Of a stretch of DNA of 59,866 nucleotides, positions 54,742 through 59,866 are shown in pieces. A program made the translations under genes and the position numbers. Within the stretch, counting starts at the first letter, position 1; each line of letters starts with the position of its first letter. Origin of the DNA: an uncultured candidatus Brocadiaceae bacterium. Lineage in GTDB: Bacteria > Planctomycetota > Brocadiia > SM23-32. The notes under the pieces were generated by a model. That model saw nothing but the letters and a program-made list of their open reading frames with translations, was not told where the DNA came from and ran no database searches. Location of the stretch: assembly GCA_964572825.1 (NCBI GenBank), contig CAZNGS010000020.1:1-59866 (forward strand). The letters run 5' to 3'.

Positions 54742-54804
54742 CTCCTCGAATCGCTACTTTGTCGTGCCGCGCCTGGGCAGGTTTCGTTCCGTCTCCCCCG
54801 GCGG

Positions 54805-55386
54805 TCAGGATTCGGATTTCTCTTCCCGGCTCGCCTCTGACAGCTTTCTCAGGAACTCCATCACCTGCGGGGAATCCCACTCCACAGACCCCACGTGTTT
54901 GACGACCACCATGCCGTCCGGGCGCACGATGTAGGTGGTGGGAATGGCGCGCGGGCGCAGCTTGCGGGGGATCGAGTCGGGGGCAACGTAGACGGGGAAG
55001 GTGTAATCGTTCTCCTCCACGAACCGCCGCACTGCGTCCGCCTCCTCGCTGGAGACCGCTGCGAACGCCACTTCCCCGCCCTGGAGTTCTTCGTAGAGCC
55101 GCTGAATGGAGGGCATCTCCGCGACGCACGGCGGGCACCAGGTGGCCCAGAAGTTGAGGAACAGCACCTTTCCGCGCGTCTCGGCCAGGTCAAAGGGCCG
55201 GTCCTGCAGGTCCTGCACCGTCCAGTCGTAGTGCATTTTCGTCCCCGTGGGCTCGGGCGGCCAGCTCAGGTCGAGCCCCTGCGATCCGCCCCCCATCCGG
55301 GCTACGTAAAGGAGCGCGCCCAGAACCAGGAGCACCAGCACGACGATGCCCACGGGTCCCAGGCCGCACTGCTTTTGCTCAGCCAT
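54805..55386 (-). CDS. TlpA-family thiol-disulfide oxidoreductase (membrane-anchored thioredoxin-like).
   Basis: An N-terminal TM anchor (GIVVLVLLVLGALLYV) and an FLNFWATWCPPCVAEMP active-site CxxC in a redoxin fold. Confidence 0.75.
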   Translation of the reverse strand: MAEQKQCGLGPVGIVVLVLLVLGALLYVARMGGGSQGLDLSWPPEPTGTKMHYDWTVQDLQDRPFDLAETRGKVLFLNFWATWCPPCVAEMPSIQRLYEELQGGEVAFAAVSSEEADAVRRFVEENDYTFPVYVAPDSIPRKLRPRAIPTTYIVRPDGMVVVKHVGSVEWDSPQVMEFLRKLSEASREEKSES

Positions 55387-55425
55387 GGTTTCTCCACCTC
55401 AATACTGGAGCTGTGAGCGACCTCG

Positions 55426-56220
55426 CTACCACGCCTCCCGTTCCAGTCGATGTGCTTTCAGGATGAGGCGCGGGGAGTCCGGCGTGTATTCGCTTCCGTC
55501 GTAGTCGCCGAGAGCCTCCACTTCCGGGAAACCGGCCGCGCGGAGCAGCTCGATGCCTTCTTCCTTCTCCAGCCAGCGGCAGCTCTCCAGGAAAGAGTAT
55601 TCCCTCTCTTCGTCGCCGTTTGCCTCCACGAACACGTGCTCCATCCGCACGGTGCGGGTGTCCCAGGCAACGCCGCTCTGGCGCCGGTACTCGCGGGTGA
55701 GCAGCCCCGTCTCGGGATTGACCTCCTCCCGGACCTTGACGCGCTTGTCGAAGCGGGGATTGGCCATGACCTCCGGCGCGACAACGTCGCACACGGCCAG
55801 GCCACCGGGCCGGGTGTGGCGGTAGAGGGTCTGGAAGGTCTGCTTCAGCGCCAGCCGACCGGAAAGGTGAAAGAGCGAATCCCCCGGCACGATGACCAGC
55901 GGAAAGGCCGGTCCCAGGTCGAACTCACGCATGTCTCCCTCCACAAAGGAGACCCTGTCTGCCACTTCCGGCGGTTCCCGGAGAAGCCTTTCCCGCGCTG
56001 CCGCCAGCATGGCCGGCGAGATGTCCAGTCCCACCACCTCGTGGCCGTCCCGGGCGAGCGCGAAGCTGATCCGGCCGTCGCCACACGCAACGTCGAGCAC
56101 GGGTTCTCCCCTCTCCGCCGCAAGGCGCCGGTAGAAAAGAAGCCCTTCCTCATCATCGCGCCGCGACCAGCGGTAGAACCGGACGTATTCGGGATCGAGA
56201 TAGATGCCCTCTCCGGCCAT
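55426..56220 (-). CDS. Class I SAM-dependent methyltransferase.
   Basis: VLDVACGDGRISFALA (motif I GxGxG), VVGLDISPAML (motif II) and FPLVIVPGDSLFHL (motif III). Confidence 0.7.
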   Translation of the reverse strand: MAGEGIYLDPEYVRFYRWSRRDDEEGLLFYRRLAAERGEPVLDVACGDGRISFALARDGHEVVGLDISPAMLAAARERLLREPPEVADRVSFVEGDMREFDLGPAFPLVIVPGDSLFHLSGRLALKQTFQTLYRHTRPGGLAVCDVVAPEVMANPRFDKRVKVREEVNPETGLLTREYRRQSGVAWDTRTVRMEHVFVEANGDEEREYSFLESCRWLEKEEGIELLRAAGFPEVEALGDYDGSEYTPDSPRLILKAHRLEREAW

Positions 56221-56389
56221 GCATCACTCCTGTGGCCATCGTCACTGACACACTACATGGTAGCCGCATCGTCTGCTCAGGGCCAACGTCGGCGTGTATC
56301 TGTTTGACAGAGCTTTGCGCGGGCTGAAAAATGGAAGGTCAACCTGGCAAGCGGCAAACGCTGATTTAACTGCATAAGGAGGGACTGCC

Positions 56390-57448
56390 ATGGCCGAACC
56401 AAAAGCAGCCGTAATCGGCTACGGCTACGCAGGCCGGAGTTTTCACAGCTACCTGATCAGCATCACCGAGGGGCTGGAGCTGCGCGGCGTCTCGTCCCGC
56501 AACGCCGAGACGCGGGAGAGGATTCACCGGGAGCGGGGCTGCCGCGCCTATGAAGGGTTCGACGAGGTGATAGACGACCCCGAGGTGGACCTGGTGGTCC
56601 TGGCCACGCCCAACCATCTGCACGCCGAGCAGGCCGTGCGGGCCGCCAATGCGGGCAAGCACGTGGTGACGGACAAGCCCATGTGCTGTTCGCTGGAGGA
56701 GTGCGACCGTATGATCGAGGCCGCCCGCCGCAACGACGTCCTGCTCACCGTCTTCCAGAACCGGCGCTGGGACGGCGACTACCTGACGCTGCGCAAGCTC
56801 ATGGACGTGGGCGAGCTGGGCGAGCTGCGCTGGCTGGAGATGGCCTGGAACAGCTCCGGACCGCCGGGCAGTGGGTGGCGTCGCCATGCACGATTTGGCG
56901 GCGGGCGACTGTTCGACCTGGGAGCCCACATGATCGACCAGGTGATGATCATCTTCCCCCAGGCCGTCGAAACCGTGTACTGCCGCATGCACCGGGACTT
57001 CGAGGAGACGGACGTGGACAGCCACGCCATGGTGGTCATCGGCTTCGAGGGCGGAAACACGGCCGTCGTGGACGCCGGCAGCATGCACGCCATCGAAAAA
57101 CCACGCATCCACGCTCTCGGCATGAGGGCCTCCTACATCAAGTACGGCCGCGACCCCCAGGAGGACGCCATGAACCGCGGCGACATCGACGCCGCCGAGG
57201 AGCCGGAGGAGATGTACGGGCGCTTCCGCACGCTGGACGGAGAGGAAAGGCGGGTGCCCACGGTCAACGGCCGCTGGCGCTCCTTCTACGAAAACGTGGC
57301 CGCCGTGCTGGCCGGTGAGGCGGAGCCGGCGGTGAAGACTCCCGAGATGCGCCGGGTGATGGCCATCTTCGACGCCGCCTTCGAATCCGGGGAGACGGCG
57401 AAGGTCGTCCGTCCCGACATCCCGGCGCTCAGTGACGCGACCGATTGA
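56390..57448 (+). CDS. Gfo/Idh/MocA-family NAD(P)-dependent oxidoreductase.
   Basis: The N-terminal Rossmann fold is AAVIGYGYAGRSFH. The segment LATPNHLHAEQAVRAANAGKHVVTDKP is the family EKP-like signature. An AAGGAGGGA RBS lies upstream. Confidence 0.8.
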   Translation: MAEPKAAVIGYGYAGRSFHSYLISITEGLELRGVSSRNAETRERIHRERGCRAYEGFDEVIDDPEVDLVVLATPNHLHAEQAVRAANAGKHVVTDKPMCCSLEECDRMIEAARRNDVLLTVFQNRRWDGDYLTLRKLMDVGELGELRWLEMAWNSSGPPGSGWRRHARFGGGRLFDLGAHMIDQVMIIFPQAVETVYCRMHRDFEETDVDSHAMVVIGFEGGNTAVVDAGSMHAIEKPRIHALGMRASYIKYGRDPQEDAMNRGDIDAAEEPEEMYGRFRTLDGEERRVPTVNGRWRSFYENVAAVLAGEAEPAVKTPEMRRVMAIFDAAFESGETAKVVRPDIPALSDATD

Positions 57449-57466
57449 CCGCTGCGGTCCCGATTG

Positions 57467-58621
57467 CTACAGCTTGCGGAAAGCGGCGCAGCGGTCCCGC
57501 AGCGCGCCCGTGTCCACCTCCAGGCCGAAGCCCGGGCGGAGCTTTTCCAGGCCGAAGCGCCCGTCCGGCAACTGGGTGGTGGCCCGGGTGGTGATGCACC
57601 GCAGGAAGTCGTCGCTCTCCTGGGGCTTCTCCAGCGCCTCCACCCAGGCGGCGCCCAGCCCGATGGCGATCTGCTGCCACGCCGTGCAGGCCGGCCCCAC
57701 CAGGCTGTGATCGCCGACCATGACCTCCGCGCCGAATTCGTGGATGCGGCGGGCGAGAGGCACCATGTCGATGATGGTCCCCATACAGGCCGGGTGCATG
57801 TTGTAGACCCGCCCCATGCCGGGCAGCAGCGTGGAGACGGACTCGCGTGCCGGGCGGGTGGGGTAGTCCGGGATCAGGTCCAGGTCGTCCACCATTTCCT
57901 GGAGCCGCACCCAGTGCTCGTTAGGCATGCGGGCGGGGTCCTCGCAGGCGCTCAGGCCGTTCTCGTGGAGCCTCAGCAGATCAGTGGCCAGCGGCTGGAG
58001 GTCTTCTTCCCTCTCACAGGTGTAGCCGCTGTTGGCGTCGGCCGTGACGTATGCCTCCGGACCCATCACGTCCCGCACGGCCTTGACGATGCGGATGTCC
58101 AGCGGGTTGTCGCCGAATATCTTCACCTTGATGTGGGTTTTCAGGTTCTGCTCAATGGACAGCCGCGCCTTTTCGGCGGCCCGGGCGGGTTCGGATTCCA
58201 GGACGCAGAAAAGGCCCGGCACGGGGTCCCTGCCGGTGAGGCCCAGGAGCCTGACGGCCGGCGTGTCGAGGAGCCGGCCGACCAGGTCAAGAAGGGCCAT
58301 CTCCCCGCATTCGCACCGCGCGCGGCCCCACCGCTCCGGCTCCTCCATGACGTAATGCACCGCTTCGGGCACGCTCATTCCCTTCAGGTCGGCGCAGCAG
58401 CCGCCCCGCTCGGCGGGGTCGAGATCGGGCTCGTTGGCCACCGCCAGCATCTCCGACCAGGCGGATCGCCCCTCGGCTTGGAGGCGCAGAATCACGTGCT
58501 GGCGGTTCTGCCAGGGTCCGAAGCTGAAGTTCCGTTGCGCGTGCACGTTGATCAGGTAGAGCTCCACCGCGTCGACGGTTGCCTGAATGTCGGCAATTCG
58601 GTCTTCCAGGGACATGCCCAT
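57467..58621 (-). CDS. Enolase-superfamily protein (mandelate racemase / muconate lactonizing enzyme-like).
   Basis: KVKIFGDNPLDIRIVKAVRDVMGPEAYVTADANSGYT (the capping and metal-binding region) and a later ENGLSACEDP match the MR/MLE barrel domain. Confidence 0.7.
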   Translation of the reverse strand: MGMSLEDRIADIQATVDAVELYLINVHAQRNFSFGPWQNRQHVILRLQAEGRSAWSEMLAVANEPDLDPAERGGCCADLKGMSVPEAVHYVMEEPERWGRARCECGEMALLDLVGRLLDTPAVRLLGLTGRDPVPGLFCVLESEPARAAEKARLSIEQNLKTHIKVKIFGDNPLDIRIVKAVRDVMGPEAYVTADANSGYTCEREEDLQPLATDLLRLHENGLSACEDPARMPNEHWVRLQEMVDDLDLIPDYPTRPARESVSTLLPGMGRVYNMHPACMGTIIDMVPLARRIHEFGAEVMVGDHSLVGPACTAWQQIAIGLGAAWVEALEKPQESDDFLRCITTRATTQLPDGRFGLEKLRPGFGLEVDTGALRDRCAAFRKL

Positions 58622-58642
58622 CTTTCGTCCTCCCCGGCCGGA

Positions 58643-59473
58643 TTATCTTTCGTCGGTTTGGGTGCCTCCCCCGGCCGCCACGTCTACCACCACGGCGCGA
58701 TGGTCCGACAGCCTGGTGCTCACCAGTCCGCACCTGCCGGGGTCCAGGTCCGGGCTGAGCCAGACCTGGTCGGTCGCGATCAGGGGCACCGGAACGGGCC
58801 AGGTGGCGTGACAGCCCCGGCCGGCCTCTTCGAAGGCATTAACCAGGTGATTCCGCAGGGCAAAGCCCACGGTTCCCGCATCGCGCAACAGAGTGGAATC
58901 GGGTGGGGTGTTGAAGTCGCCGATCACAACAAGCCGCTCTACGGGTTGGCACTCGAGCAGATCGCCCAGCGCGCTGAGCGGCCCCTTGCGCCGCACAAAC
59001 AGGCTGCTGGTGATGTCCAGCAGGATAACGCGCAGTCGCAGGTCCGCAACGCGGAGTTTAAAAACGCCCGCATCCACGTCGTCCGTCAGGCGGATGGAAC
59101 TGGTCTCCAGAAACTGCCCCCGGCACAGGAGCGCCATATCGTTGCGCGGGCCGAAGACTGAATAGTCCGGGAACTCTCGCCGCCAGAACTCTCGCCGGGC
59201 GTCCGCCCCGTGCACCGCCTCCATCAGACCCACCACGTCGCCGTCCATTGCGCGTATGGTGCTGGCGATGCCCGGCCAGCCCATGTCGCCGTCGGCGACG
59301 TTCCAGAAAAGGATCCGCACGCCTTCCTCCTGTGCCTCACCCCGGCCCCGCACGTAGGTCGTCTCGTGCCACCAGATGAACAGACAAAACGTCAGGACGC
59401 CGCACGCCACCGCCTGCCGGGTCTTCCGGAGCCCCAGCCAGCAGGCTCCGGCGACCAGGGCGAGGAGTGCCAT
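58643..59473 (-). CDS. Endonuclease/exonuclease/phosphatase (EEP) family protein with an N-terminal TM anchor.
   Basis: The N-terminal TM segment is ALLALVAGACWLGL...VLTFCLFIWW. EEP motifs are RILFWNV, VVGLMEAV, VVIGDFNTPPDS and the C-terminal LSDHRAVVVDV. Confidence 0.65.
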   Translation of the reverse strand: MALLALVAGACWLGLRKTRQAVACGVLTFCLFIWWHETTYVRGRGEAQEEGVRILFWNVADGDMGWPGIASTIRAMDGDVVGLMEAVHGADARREFWRREFPDYSVFGPRNDMALLCRGQFLETSSIRLTDDVDAGVFKLRVADLRLRVILLDITSSLFVRRKGPLSALGDLLECQPVERLVVIGDFNTPPDSTLLRDAGTVGFALRNHLVNAFEEAGRGCHATWPVPVPLIATDQVWLSPDLDPGRCGLVSTRLSDHRAVVVDVAAGGGTQTDER

Positions 59474-59517
59474 CGCGGCCGGCGGTGTCCCGTAGGTGAC
59501 CGTTCACGGATTTCGTA

Positions 59518-59866
59518 TCAGGCGGCCAGCAGGGAAGGGGTGGGATGAGCTTTGAAGTGGGCCTCCAGCGTGCGGCAGAGGAATTCGTAGAGCGATTCGC
59601 CCCGCTGTCGGCACGTGGCTGCGGCCGTCCATATCCGCGCACACCACTGGCGCCCGGCTTTGCCCCGCGTGCCTTGCGCCAGCCGACGGTCTATCACCAC
59701 GAATCTGAGCGCCTGCTCCGCCACGTTGTTGGTCGGCTCCACACCCGGGGTCGTTATGAACCGGAAGTAACTCTCGCCATGCTTGCGAAACCGTTCGGCC
59801 ATGTTCCGCGTCTCCCGCGTCCACGGCGGGTGACGCGCCGCGCGGATGATGTTCTTGCGCTCCCGC
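59518..59866 (-). mobile_element. C-terminal fragment of an IS66-family transposase. The gene continues past the window end.
   Basis: MAERFRKHGESYFRFITTPGVEPTNNVAEQALRFVVIDRRLAQGTRG...PTPSLL matches the IS66 transposase C-terminal domain (the ...TNN.AE..LR... motif). The reading frame stays open upstream to position 59866. Confidence 0.6.

Overview
High-GC (~70%) bacterial window, gene-dense on both strands. The content looks Planctomycetota-like: an ECF sigma factor paired with a Ser/Thr-kinase anti-sigma protein, several Ser/Thr kinases, FGE-sulfatase and DUF4384 fusions, and a PQQ-propeller protein. Ordinary genes include tex, tRNA-Val, a gap-pgk-rpe-accD block, mntP, sugar kinase/isomerase genes, a glycyl-radical enzyme, two LarA-like genes, and IS110/IS66 transposase remnants. 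The standout is a tightly packed same-strand cluster from about 8.6 to 22.8 kb. It opens with an ECF sigma factor and a zinc-finger Ser/Thr-kinase anti-sigma protein, then encodes two Snf7/ESCRT-III-like coiled-coil proteins alternating with two Vps4-like AAA ATPases. Both ATPases have MIT-like N-termini and the signature 'GATNxPWxLDxAxxRRFxRRIY' C-terminal motif. These are followed by a small membrane protein, a zinc-ribbon SPFH/flotillin-like protein, two zinc-ribbon paralogs that share an unknown ~190-aa domain, a zinc-ribbon ImmA/IrrE-type metallopeptidase, and an FHA Ser/Thr kinase. This looks like an undescribed bacterial ESCRT-III/Vps4 membrane-remodelling or stress module under ECF-sigma and phospho-signalling control. 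Smaller findings are a 61-bp tandem hairpin repeat next to a perfect sigma70 promoter upstream of gap, an inverted-repeat-flanked 177-bp element between the paralogs, and several frameshifted genes. At least two of the frameshifts coincide with homopolymer runs (three at one locus still need checking), which suggests assembly indels rather than real pseudogenes.
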